Below are positions 1 to 8,867 of a stretch of DNA of 64,000 nucleotides, piece by piece. Below the pieces are notes generated by a model. The model was not told the DNA's origin. It saw nothing but the letters and a program-made list of their open reading frames with translations, and searched no databases. Position numbers and translations under genes: made by a program. Within the stretch, counting starts at the first letter, position 1; each line of letters begins with the position of its first letter. The stretch comes from Caldisericia bacterium (lineage in GTDB: Bacteria; Caldisericota; Caldisericia; JAAYUI01), in assembly GCA_963674785.1 (NCBI GenBank), contig OY771555.1:943847-1007846 (forward strand), given 5' to 3'.

Positions 1-612
1 ATTCTCCTTGAAAAAATTGCCAATAACACGAAGAGTGAATCATCAGTTGCTGCGATGGAATTTCTGAAATTTATTGCTCCAATGAATGCCACTTTTAAGG
101 ATGTTTCAAATTCATTTTCACCTGAGGAATTAAGGCTTATAAGAGATAGATTGATCGATTACATAATCTGGCGAGATGGTGGAGAAAAGGTTGAAAACCC
201 ATGCGTAAGAAGGGACGTAATTTTCAAAATCGGTTCAAAGATATTTAGATCAAACGGCGTTGAATCCGAGATGACAGTTGAACCTGTGATCATTGATGGG
301 TCAACATTTATTCCTGCAAGATATTTGGTTGAACCACTTGGTGGAACTGCATCCTGGGAAGGTTCAACTCGAACTGTAATCCTTGAAGCACTTGGACACA
401 AAGTTGAATTAGTGATAGATAAGGCTGATGCAAAAAGTGATGGCGAAAATGTCACCTTGTCAAAGCCACCAACAATAGTAAATGGAAGAACGCTTATCCC
501 TTTCAGAGCAGCAAGCACATTACTTGGCGCAGAGGTTTCATGGAATGCACAAACAAGAGAGGCAATCTGTGATTTTGACCTCGGAAAAAGACTTTTGATG
601 GAGATTGAATGA
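1..612 (+). CDS. Secreted/cell-surface protein, 5'-partial, with two copper amine oxidase N-terminal-like (CAO-N) repeat domains
   Basis: The frame is open back to position 1. Two repeats match the CAO-N type (DGSTFIPARYLVEPLGGTASWEG and NGRTLIPFRAASTLLGAEVSWNA). The stop overlaps the next start as ATGA. Confidence 0.55.
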   Translation: MLLEKIANNTKSESSVAAMEFLKFIAPMNATFKDVSNSFSPEELRLIRDRLIDYIIWRDGGEKVENPCVRRDVIFKIGSKIFRSNGVESEMTVEPVIIDGSTFIPARYLVEPLGGTASWEGSTRTVILEALGHKVELVIDKADAKSDGENVTLSKPPTIVNGRTLIPFRAASTLLGAEVSWNAQTREAICDFDLGKRLLMEIE

Positions 613-3600
613 AGCAGTTGATAGATGCTGTTTCAGATATAGACACCAATTTATCCAGGTATAAATATTCCAAGAAATTAATCGAAAAACTTTCTGATTA
701 TTTGCATTTTCCTTCGGCAATGCTTATCGATTCAGAGGGTGATTCAAATATTGTTGCGGCACACAATATGACTGAGACTCAAAGCAAGGGAATCCTTGAC
801 TTGATTTCAAGATCAGGAATATCCTCTATGGTTGCGCACATCAATGAGACTCTTCCTCCACCATGGGGTGATATTTCTAAGTTTCATTTCAGATCTCTCA
901 TATCTATACCACTTAAATATAATAAGAATAGAGTTGGATATATTGTACTTCTCTCCCCAAAAAAACATGAGATATCAGAAGAAGATTTTGGTTATCTGAA
1001 TACAATCTCCAGGATTGTATCCAATGGATATTCTGTTAATAAACTAAACTCGTCAGGTTTTCGAGGGGAGTGTTTTGCAACTATTGATAAAACTTTCCTG
1101 GATCAACTGAAGAGTGGTTTTTTGTCATATGATGCTGGTGGGAATATTGAATATATCAATCCGACACTTGTGGCGATGCTCGGGTCTCCTAACCCCGAAG
1201 AATCCAAAAAAATAAATTTGTTTACATTCCAGGGTTTGGTGGATGCTGGTTTATCTGAATCTTTTAAACGAGCTGTGAAAACTGGAAATAAAGTTTTTTC
1301 AACGCATACATACGTTTCAAAGTGGGGCGTTGAGAGCTATTTTCATCTGAATATCAACCCTGTAAAGGATGAAAACGGTCAGATTGTAGGTGCTCATGCC
1401 TATGTACATGATATTACCGATAAGGTAAAAACAAATTCTCTATTGACGGCGATAAATCGGACAAAAAAAGACCTTTTTGGGAAAAGAAATCTGAGTCTTG
1501 CGGTAAAACAAGTTTCAAAAGAGATTTTTGAGTTCATGGATGTTGATGATATGTTGATCTGTGAATTTGTTTTAGGGATGGATTATGGTGTTTGCAAGAT
1601 AAAGTCTGAAATATCTAAAAAAGACCTGCCCAAACTAACAACAAAACAAACTATCGATACCCATGAGATTGGTATTGATGAGCAGAGACTTGAACAGCTT
1701 ATTGCAGGTGAATCGATAACAATTGATTTTTCAAAAGAATATGAAACAACATCAATCAGGTCAGATTTTACACAGCTTCATGTGACACCAATCGGTTCAC
1801 AAAATGAGCTTTTTGGGCTTATTGTGCTTTTCCAAAGAACTGGCAGAAGGATTTGGTCACAAGAGATTTCAATGCTAATGAGTGTTTATTCTAACTATCT
1901 ACTCGCTGCGATAACTCAGCAAAAAGATTTGCAGAAACTTGAAACAAAGGTGATTCAAAAAGCTGAGGCCACAGCTTTGGATAATTACCAGTTGCTTATT
2001 GAGACCTCACCCTTTTCGATTATTTTCTTTTCAGAGTCGGGAAAGATTAATGAGATAAATCACGTCGGACATGAGCTTATTTCTGATTTTATTGAATCTG
2101 ATAAAACGGGTATCGATTATCTTCCAAAAAAATTTCTGAAGATTTTTTCAAAATACTTTGATTCATGTGATGACATCTCAAAAATTGTCTCCAGAACTGA
2201 AACCATCACTTTAAGTGATGGTGAAATTAAATACATACGGTTCTACTTGAGGTTGTTGCCTGGACCAGGGCATAAAAAATATCTTTTGATCATCGAAGAT
2301 ACGACGATGGTTGAAGAGTCATCAAGCCTTTTATCAGATGAGATGAAAAGGGTTGAGATTGCAAATAGGTCAAAAAGTGAATTTCTGGCAAACATGTCTC
2401 ATGAGATAAGAACACCATTGAATGCTCTACTTGGGTTCTCAGAGTTAATGCGAAATGAGAAGCTGAGCGGAAAAGCATCTGAGTATCTGGAGGCAATATA
2501 TACTGCAGGTGAAACACTTGACTATCTGACGTCTGATTTGTTAGACATTACAAGAATCGAAGCAGGTAAGTTGTCAGTTTATCCGGATGCAAATGATCTG
2601 AAATTGACAATAGATCAAGTTATTCAAATGCTTCGCTCGAAGATTGAGGAAAAGAACCTTGAGATTGTAAAGGTTTATCCTGACACTCCAAAAACCTTAC
2701 ACCTCTTTGATAAATCTAGAATCAAACAGGTTTTGATAAATCTGTTGGGTAATGCGATAAAGTTTACTGATAACGGTAGTATTGTCATAGGGTATAGTAT
2801 TAGGTTCTCAGATGATTTTGATGATGAGATAATAGTTTTTGTTGATGACTCTGGAATCGGAATCCCATCTGAGATGAGGGAATCTATTTTCTCTGTATTT
2901 ACTCAAATCAACAGTTCTGATACAAAAAGACATGCTGGGGCTGGACTTGGTCTTTCGATTGTCAAAGGAATTGTCGCCTCAATTGACGGGAAAATTCGTA
3001 TTGTTGAAAAGAACTCTCCAGGAACCAGGTTTGAAATTGACCTCACTCTTGAAAGAGTAAATGAAAATGATAATGGTGAGCTTATTGCAACAACCGAGGA
3101 TATATACGATAGAATCAGAAAACCTCTGGAAAATGCTTCATATAGGGTGAGGGTTGGAGGACTACAATCAGCAACAATTATTGTTATTGAGAGTGGAATC
3201 GATGAGATAACAAGGATGCTTACAATCAATCCATCTCTAAAAGTGGTTTCAATTGGAACAGAGGGCAAAGGTAATGGGTGGATTGGAATCAAAGAAAATT
3301 TCTCTTCCACAGAGCTGATTGATGCAATCAAAGAAGTTGCAAGCCAAGAGAAGAACGAACAAGGTGATGTTGGTATTCTCAATGGATTAAAAATCCTGGT
3401 TGTTGAGGATAATCCCTTGAATATCAAATTGATAACAGAAATTCTCAATAATTATGGTAGTGAGGTAACAGTCTCCAAAACAGGTGTTAGTGGTGTAAGC
3501 ACAGCATCAGAAGGAGCTTTCGATGTTTGTCTGATGGATATACAGATGCCTGACATCTCTGGACTCGATGCAACCATGCAGATTCGATACAACGAAGAAA

Positions 3601-4076
3601 AGTTCGGTAAAAGAAGATTGCCAATAATTGCCCTTACTGCATATGCGTCAGTCACAGATAGAGACAGATGCCTTACAGCAGGGATGGATGGGTATGTTTC
3701 AAAACCCATAAAAATCCCAGAGCTCATAAAAGCCGTTGAGGTTGCAATGGGTAAGAAAAAAACTTCAATCATTGAGAGACTATCTGAACAACTTCTGATT
3801 GCACCATTGAAACTGAAAGATATTCTTGAGGAATATGTCACAAAGAGTCTAGAGGGGATTATCGAGATAAAAGACTTTGTAGAGGCTGGCGAGTATAAGA
3901 AAGCCAGTGATGTTTGCCATAGACTCAAGGGAATGGCTTATTTTGAGCCACTTCTCTCAAAGATCATCAAACTCAGTGGGTCAATCAAGGCAAACAGCGA
4001 TGAAGATATTTCTGAGCAGTTGACTGACCTTGAATGTGAATTCAATCGAATCCAAGAAGAGCTTGAAAAAGTATAG
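609..4076 (+). CDS. Hybrid sensor histidine kinase/response regulator with PAS/GAF-like N-terminal region, HisKA, HATPase_c, receiver and C-terminal Hpt domain
   Basis: H-box SHEIRTPLNALLGFSELM; N/G boxes NAIKFTDNGSIVIGY, DSGIGIP and GAGLGLSIVKGIV; receiver ILVVEDNPLN...MDIQMPDISGLDA...ALTAYAS...YVSKP; Hpt motif HRLKGMAYF. Confidence 0.9.
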   Translation: MKQLIDAVSDIDTNLSRYKYSKKLIEKLSDYLHFPSAMLIDSEGDSNIVAAHNMTETQSKGILDLISRSGISSMVAHINETLPPPWGDISKFHFRSLISIPLKYNKNRVGYIVLLSPKKHEISEEDFGYLNTISRIVSNGYSVNKLNSSGFRGECFATIDKTFLDQLKSGFLSYDAGGNIEYINPTLVAMLGSPNPEESKKINLFTFQGLVDAGLSESFKRAVKTGNKVFSTHTYVSKWGVESYFHLNINPVKDENGQIVGAHAYVHDITDKVKTNSLLTAINRTKKDLFGKRNLSLAVKQVSKEIFEFMDVDDMLICEFVLGMDYGVCKIKSEISKKDLPKLTTKQTIDTHEIGIDEQRLEQLIAGESITIDFSKEYETTSIRSDFTQLHVTPIGSQNELFGLIVLFQRTGRRIWSQEISMLMSVYSNYLLAAITQQKDLQKLETKVIQKAEATALDNYQLLIETSPFSIIFFSESGKINEINHVGHELISDFIESDKTGIDYLPKKFLKIFSKYFDSCDDISKIVSRTETITLSDGEIKYIRFYLRLLPGPGHKKYLLIIEDTTMVEESSSLLSDEMKRVEIANRSKSEFLANMSHEIRTPLNALLGFSELMRNEKLSGKASEYLEAIYTAGETLDYLTSDLLDITRIEAGKLSVYPDANDLKLTIDQVIQMLRSKIEEKNLEIVKVYPDTPKTLHLFDKSRIKQVLINLLGNAIKFTDNGSIVIGYSIRFSDDFDDEIIVFVDDSGIGIPSEMRESIFSVFTQINSSDTKRHAGAGLGLSIVKGIVASIDGKIRIVEKNSPGTRFEIDLTLERVNENDNGELIATTEDIYDRIRKPLENASYRVRVGGLQSATIIVIESGIDEITRMLTINPSLKVVSIGTEGKGNGWIGIKENFSSTELIDAIKEVASQEKNEQGDVGILNGLKILVVEDNPLNIKLITEILNNYGSEVTVSKTGVSGVSTASEGAFDVCLMDIQMPDISGLDATMQIRYNEEKFGKRRLPIIALTAYASVTDRDRCLTAGMDGYVSKPIKIPELIKAVEVAMGKKKTSIIERLSEQLLIAPLKLKDILEEYVTKSLEGIIEIKDFVEAGEYKKASDVCHRLKGMAYFEPLLSKIIKLSGSIKANSDEDISEQLTDLECEFNRIQEELEKV

Positions 4077-4083
4077 TTTGCAG

Positions 4084-5448
4084 TTATCCTTCAATTACTG
4101 CATAATTCCTGTTTTCTATGAGCCCAACACGCTTTGAAATCTCAACATATTTTTTGAGTAGTTGTGCAATCTCAGATTTTGTTTTTATACAAAAAGGTTC
4201 TGAGATTGCACCTTTTTTCTCAAATGCTGTTGCTGCACATCCTCCTCCACATATAGGTACAATTGGACAATTTGAATCTATACATTTCTTCACTCGAATA
4301 AAACCACTTTCCAACCAATGTGTTTCACCATTATCTTTGTAAAAACCGTTTGAGTTCACATTTCCAACCGAATGACTTTCATTGCCAACAAAACTCCAGC
4401 ATCTACCTATGTTTCCATCAGGATCAATAACGTAGTTATGGAATGAATGAGAGCTACACGGGGAAGTTATAAAGGTTTGTAAATACCTTTTTTTGAGTTC
4501 AAAAATATCTTTTATGAAACCATATTTATCCAATTCTTCTAGCCATTTTGTCATAAAGCCATAGCGTTTTGGTTGTGGAATACAATTACATTCATATGAG
4601 GTGCTATCACCAGTCAATGACTGTATGAATGATGGGTGAATAGAAATTTTTTCATTTTCCAGAAGCCCGTGTTGCCTTAAATCTGAAATCACTTCAGGAA
4701 GTGAGTCAGCATTTTTTGTGTCGAGATTAATCCTCAGTGCAATATGAGTTTTAGGTATCGTTTCCAATGCAGCTTTGATCCCCTCTATTATCAAGTCATA
4801 TGAAGGTTTTCCACTTATGTATGTTCTTTGTTTGTCGTGGAATCTTCTCGAACCATGTAAAGTCACTTGAATGTTTTTTAGAGGAAGATGTTTAAAATAA
4901 TGTATATTACTTGTTAACAGTGATCCATTTGTAACCATCATCATATTTGTATTGGTGTTTGGATGATTTTTTGAGATGTATTCGAAAGTTTCTGTAAAAA
5001 AATGTGGTTGTAGTAAAGGTTCTCCACCATAACACCCAAGCAAAACCTCATAAATATCATATTTTGCTATTCGTGATGAAATAAACCGCTTTAGATTTTC
5101 AAATGTACCCGTTGTCATCACTTTAGAATTTCTATGTTCATAGCAATATGGACATGCAAAGTTGCAATTTAGTGTTGGAGCAAGAAGTATTCCCATTCTT
5201 TTTCCATCTTTTCCCCAGATATTTCTGAAGAAACCTAAAATCTTATCATCATTAGTGCTTTTATCATCAACCATAAAGCACGTTTTCAAAAGGTCTTTTG
5301 CAAGTGATGAGCTTTCTTCAATCAACTCAGGTTTTTCTATTATCCATGAGGGGAAGACTGCAATTGACCTTGTTATTGATGAAAGTGCGACATATTCATT
5401 CTCATTTATTTTTTCATAAAAAACATACTTAGAGAGGCGGAGACTCAT
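4084..5448 (-). CDS. Radical SAM enzyme with C-terminal SPASM/twitch domain (anSME/peptide-maturase family)
   Basis: CNFACPYCY is a CxxxCxxC radical SAM cluster motif. The C-terminal Cys-rich region CIDSNCPIVPICGGGC looks SPASM-like. It starts 14 nt after the last upstream small peptide gene and has an SD-like AAGGAAG. Confidence 0.85.
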   Translation of the reverse strand: MSLRLSKYVFYEKINENEYVALSSITRSIAVFPSWIIEKPELIEESSSLAKDLLKTCFMVDDKSTNDDKILGFFRNIWGKDGKRMGILLAPTLNCNFACPYCYEHRNSKVMTTGTFENLKRFISSRIAKYDIYEVLLGCYGGEPLLQPHFFTETFEYISKNHPNTNTNMMMVTNGSLLTSNIHYFKHLPLKNIQVTLHGSRRFHDKQRTYISGKPSYDLIIEGIKAALETIPKTHIALRINLDTKNADSLPEVISDLRQHGLLENEKISIHPSFIQSLTGDSTSYECNCIPQPKRYGFMTKWLEELDKYGFIKDIFELKKRYLQTFITSPCSSHSFHNYVIDPDGNIGRCWSFVGNESHSVGNVNSNGFYKDNGETHWLESGFIRVKKCIDSNCPIVPICGGGCAATAFEKKGAISEPFCIKTKSEIAQLLKKYVEISKRVGLIENRNYAVIEG

Positions 5449-5462
5449 TGATTCTTCCTTTT

Positions 5463-5666
5463 TTATTCAGGTTCAGAAATTGGACAGCAATATGTTGCCT
5501 GACAGTATATATCACATAGAGAAACGATGTTCATAATATTCGGATCAAATGTAACTTTATCTATCCAGCAGACTGATTTTGTTGGCACGATCTCCATTTT
5601 TGATAAATCAACTCTATTGCTGTCAATAACTATTTTTATTGAATTTTCATTATGTTGATAAGTCAT
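5463..5666 (-). CDS. Cys-rich small peptide (67 aa), paralog 1 of 4; candidate RiPP precursor
   Basis: Strong SD AGGAGAAAG lies 4 nt before the ATG. It shares a conserved N-terminal ~45 aa with its neighbours (ENSI..I.SN.V....M.E.PTK.VCWID...DPN.MNIV) and has a C-x3-C-x4-C tail (CDIYCQATYCC). Confidence 0.65.
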   Translation of the reverse strand: MTYQHNENSIKIVIDSNRVDLSKMEIVPTKSVCWIDKVTFDPNIMNIVSLCDIYCQATYCCPISEPE

Positions 5667-5677
5667 TAAACTTTCTC

Positions 5678-5881
5678 CTATGTTGCTTCATTGTAGCCTT
5701 CACAAAACGTTTGAGCACAAAGTGGCTGACAACATGTAACAATATTCATATATCTTGGATCGTAGTTATTTGTATCTATCCAACAGACTGTTTTTGTAGG
5801 TACTTCTTGCATAGTTTGTGGATTGACTAGATTTGAGTTAATTGTAATTGCCAAAGAATTCTCATCTTTTATATATCCCAT
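5678..5881 (-). CDS. Cys-rich small peptide (67 aa), paralog 2 of 4; candidate RiPP precursor
   Basis: SD AAGGAGG lies 4-5 nt before the ATG. Same conserved N-terminal region; tail CCQPLCAQTFC. Confidence 0.65.
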   Translation of the reverse strand: MGYIKDENSLAITINSNLVNPQTMQEVPTKTVCWIDTNNYDPRYMNIVTCCQPLCAQTFCEGYNEAT

Positions 5882-5890
5882 ATATCCTCC

Positions 5891-6100
5891 TTAACACATG
5901 TCATTGTAATTGCCAGAACAGTATGTTGAATGACAATATGTGGCAACGCAGGAAACAACCGGAAGATGCATATTCGCATCATAATTTGAGAAATCGAGCC
6001 AACATACTTTTAAAATCGGAATTTCTTCCATTGTGTTTGGGTTAAATTGGTTCGGATTGATTGTAACACGGATAGAATTTTCATTATGCTGATATGACAC
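5891..6100 (-). CDS. Cys-rich small peptide (69 aa), paralog 3 of 4; candidate RiPP precursor (GTG start)
   Basis: The start codon reads GTG (plus-strand CAC at 6098-6100) and is preceded by AGGAGGTG. An in-frame stop immediately upstream fixes the start. Tail CVATYCHSTYC. Confidence 0.6.
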   Translation of the reverse strand: MSYQHNENSIRVTINPNQFNPNTMEEIPILKVCWLDFSNYDANMHLPVVSCVATYCHSTYCSGNYNDMC

Positions 6101-6111
6101 TCATTCACCTC

Positions 6112-6318
6112 CTAACTGATGTTTCCCTTTGAGTCACAAAAACCAATGTTGCAGAAATTACTTTGACAGTATCCAACAACTTCCATAGTATTTTGATCAA
6201 AATTACTCTTATCTATCCAAACGACGATTTTATTGTTATCAATCTCCATGATTCCAGTATCAACTAATGTTGAGTTGATACCAATTCTTAAAGAGTCTTG
6301 ATCATGTATATACGGCAT
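6112..6318 (-). CDS. Cys-rich small peptide (68 aa), paralog 4 of 4; candidate RiPP precursor
   Basis: The six-frame ORF runs to 6387, but the internal Met (MPYIHDQDSL...) is preceded by GGAAGGAG at 7 nt spacing. Its length then matches the paralogs. Tail CQSNFCNIGFC. Confidence 0.6.
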   Translation of the reverse strand: MPYIHDQDSLRIGINSTLVDTGIMEIDNNKIVVWIDKSNFDQNTMEVVGYCQSNFCNIGFCDSKGNIS

Positions 6319-6575
6319 AAAGCACTCCTTCCATAAGTTTCCACCCCTCACTAATTCACAATATAGAGGGGCTGTGACAGTGTACAATTAAACTTCCTTA
6401 ACTGAAATAGCGACATTCTTAGCATTAATATTGCTAATATATCATTTCTTAATGTAAGTTTATATTATTTCCAGAATTATGAATGACTTCTGTTAGATAG
6501 GTATAAATTGATAAAATCCATGATTATGACAAAAACAAAGTTGACCAACCCCCATTTTTTTGATAAAAAATAAGC

Positions 6576-7646
6576 ATGAGAAAATTCTTAGTTCCAGTTT
6601 TACTTCTTGTTGTTTTTGTTGCTTGTTCATGTGGGAAACCAATGCCAAACCAAAAACATCTCGACTCGTTTTCGATGCTTCCTGATTTTGTTGTCACAAA
6701 GTCAAGTGAATCGGGAAACAGTGTGACACTGTATTCCTTTGATATGGAGGCAATCAGGGCAAACATCCAGATTGATAAAGAAAAACCACATACAGGTCAG
6801 GTCAATAATCTTGGAATAGCTGTAAGCAGAAACTATGAGAAAAATGCGGAACTTGGAATACTCGATCTTGAAAAAATGAAATATATAGCGACTTGCCCAT
6901 ATTGGAATGTCCAAGCATTTACACCTGCTGGTGGGCTTTTGGAAAAAATATCTGATGCCGGATTTATTGAAGAGATCATTGGTGATGGGTATCTTCTGAC
7001 GAAGGATTTTGAAGACAACATCACAGCCGAACTTGCGCCAGTTAACTGTTTTGTTGATGATACAATTGTTCAGGTCACAACAACAGCAAAACTTCAAAAA
7101 GAGGCAGTAACTTTGATGCTAATGGAGGAAGGCAACAGAGTTGATAAATTCCCCGCAATTTCTGAGATATTAAAATTGATGCCAGAATACCAAGCAGTTT
7201 GCCTTGTTTTCAGTTTTGATAGATACAGTGTGCTTGCTGAAGATGGTAGCATTCCTGGCTTCTTTGATGCTGCTGAGCAGTATGACATGATTCCGAGATT
7301 TGAAACATGGGGAAGACCTGATTCATACAGGATGGGTGCGGTCGGATCGTCCGTTGTTGATGGGGTAGAGCATTCAACAATTGTGCTTCTCTATGATTCT
7401 GAAAAGTCGGCGAAAGATGACAAACTGAATGTTGATAAAGCATTGCTTTCTGTTCCAAGCATGGTTGATGGAAATCCTTGGATGAAACACATGAACTTTG
7501 GGAAACCAATCGTCAAGGTTCAAAAAAATGCGATACTAATCGATTTTGATATTGAGAATCGAAAAAAAGAAGATGGACTCTTTTCAATGCAGATGTTGAA
7601 GTTTATGGATAAAACTGGAGATTGGGGGGTATTTTGGAGAAAATAA
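6576..7646 (+). CDS. Lipoprotein, function unknown
   Basis: Signal peptide ending in the lipobox FVACSCG. No recognisable catalytic motif. Confidence 0.6.
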   Translation: MRKFLVPVLLLVVFVACSCGKPMPNQKHLDSFSMLPDFVVTKSSESGNSVTLYSFDMEAIRANIQIDKEKPHTGQVNNLGIAVSRNYEKNAELGILDLEKMKYIATCPYWNVQAFTPAGGLLEKISDAGFIEEIIGDGYLLTKDFEDNITAELAPVNCFVDDTIVQVTTTAKLQKEAVTLMLMEEGNRVDKFPAISEILKLMPEYQAVCLVFSFDRYSVLAEDGSIPGFFDAAEQYDMIPRFETWGRPDSYRMGAVGSSVVDGVEHSTIVLLYDSEKSAKDDKLNVDKALLSVPSMVDGNPWMKHMNFGKPIVKVQKNAILIDFDIENRKKEDGLFSMQMLKFMDKTGDWGVFWRK

Positions 7647-8866
7647 CAAAGTCAATTCTTGCTCTTGTACTTGTTTGTTTGCTTAGTGTTTCCTGTGGCG
7701 GGGACGGAGTAGACGAAGTTGTCAAGATTTCTGAGCCAAATCCGACAAACCCAATACAGCAGGCTTTATCAAAAATGCCTGTTTCAATCATGAATCTTCC
7801 TGGAAGAGATCTCAAAATGAAAGCCTTTATCTTCAACAATATCGAATTAACCGTAAGGAGTAGAAACCTTGCAAATTATATGTTGGTGAATGAAAACGAG
7901 CAGATTTCATGGCTTTTTAAGATGGGTCATAATGTCACGTCGTCAATGAATTCAGTTATCGATTTTGGCAAATGGCATCATACAGATTTTATGAATCAAA
8001 CAACCTGGAAGATGAATATCTTTGACTACACAAGAGACCATGAGGTTGTTTTCTCAAAATCTGATAAAGAAGAATTCCTCACCTGGATGCTCAGACACAA
8101 TTTTGAAGTATACAAATCTGAGCCAGCATTGACCCTGAAACCAGGTAGTGTTTATCATAGGGATGCTTATGTTTTTGGTGCCGGTATTGTTCAGGGTGAA
8201 GATGGGGCAACATTCATTTGTCGTGAGCTTCCAACAGATGGTACAGTTGATGATGCGTTGGCAATTTATGAAGGTACGATGGGTTCCCTTCTTTCTGATC
8301 CAGAGATTTATGAAATTTCATCAAGGATTCCAGAGGGTGCTTTCTCTTCAATGATCTGTAAACTTGATACATCATATGCAAAACACAATCAGGTCACAAC
8401 TGCCGATACAACAGGTTTTTCTGGTGTTCCTTTAACTGATGAACAGACCGTTTGGGTTTCAGTTTATGGAAGACCAAAGGAATTGACTTGGTTTTCAGCT
8501 TCACACATCACAAAAGATGGTCATCACGGACTTCTTTGGGAGTTCCAGTATGAAACACCTGAGGCAGCAGAGGCTGACTTGACTCCACTTACTGATGCAA
8601 TTACTGAGGCAAAGGGCAGATTCACAGAAAAGAATTGGTGGGATGAAGACCTTCATCTTGAATCCCCTGAGATTTCTGTTGAGGACAATATCATATCAAT
8701 CTGGTCAGAGTGGATAATCCCCAGGGATGAAAAAAAGAAGATTGAATCTGGTATCATGACCGACGAAGAGAAGGAAACTCTCTGGTTTGAATATGTCCGA
8801 AGCATCTTTGATCTGTTTGACAAATTCGAACGCCAGGATTACGGTCCACTTTGGCAGGGGTATTGA
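7622..8866 (+). CDS. Lipoprotein, function unknown (TTG start as read from sequence)
   Basis: Hydrophobic signal ending in LLSVSCGG. The start codon at 7622 reads TTG. It overlaps the upstream gene by 25 nt. Confidence 0.5.
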   Translation: MGGILEKITKSILALVLVCLLSVSCGGDGVDEVVKISEPNPTNPIQQALSKMPVSIMNLPGRDLKMKAFIFNNIELTVRSRNLANYMLVNENEQISWLFKMGHNVTSSMNSVIDFGKWHHTDFMNQTTWKMNIFDYTRDHEVVFSKSDKEEFLTWMLRHNFEVYKSEPALTLKPGSVYHRDAYVFGAGIVQGEDGATFICRELPTDGTVDDALAIYEGTMGSLLSDPEIYEISSRIPEGAFSSMICKLDTSYAKHNQVTTADTTGFSGVPLTDEQTVWVSVYGRPKELTWFSASHITKDGHHGLLWEFQYETPEAAEADLTPLTDAITEAKGRFTEKNWWDEDLHLESPEISVEDNIISIWSEWIIPRDEKKKIESGIMTDEEKETLWFEYVRSIFDLFDKFERQDYGPLWQGY

Positions 8867-8867
8867 G

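Noticed and set aside
2290-3928. Antisense ORFs (2290..2517, 2903..3448, 3452..3928) inside the histidine kinase gene
   Set aside because: They lie wholly within a well-supported 1155-aa CDS on the other strand. They have low-complexity, Ser/Ile-rich translations and no SD or start context. They are typical shadow ORFs.
4084-5448. Interpreting the rSAM as an anaerobic sulfatase-maturating enzyme
   Set aside because: There is no sulfatase gene or C/S-x-P-x-R motif nearby. Instead there are four co-transcribed Cys-rich peptides immediately upstream.
6112-6387. 91-aa version of the fourth small peptide
   Set aside because: The SD GGAAGGAG sits 7 nt before the internal Met. The N-terminal extra 23 aa would put the ribosome-binding site inside the coding region and have no counterpart in the other three peptides.
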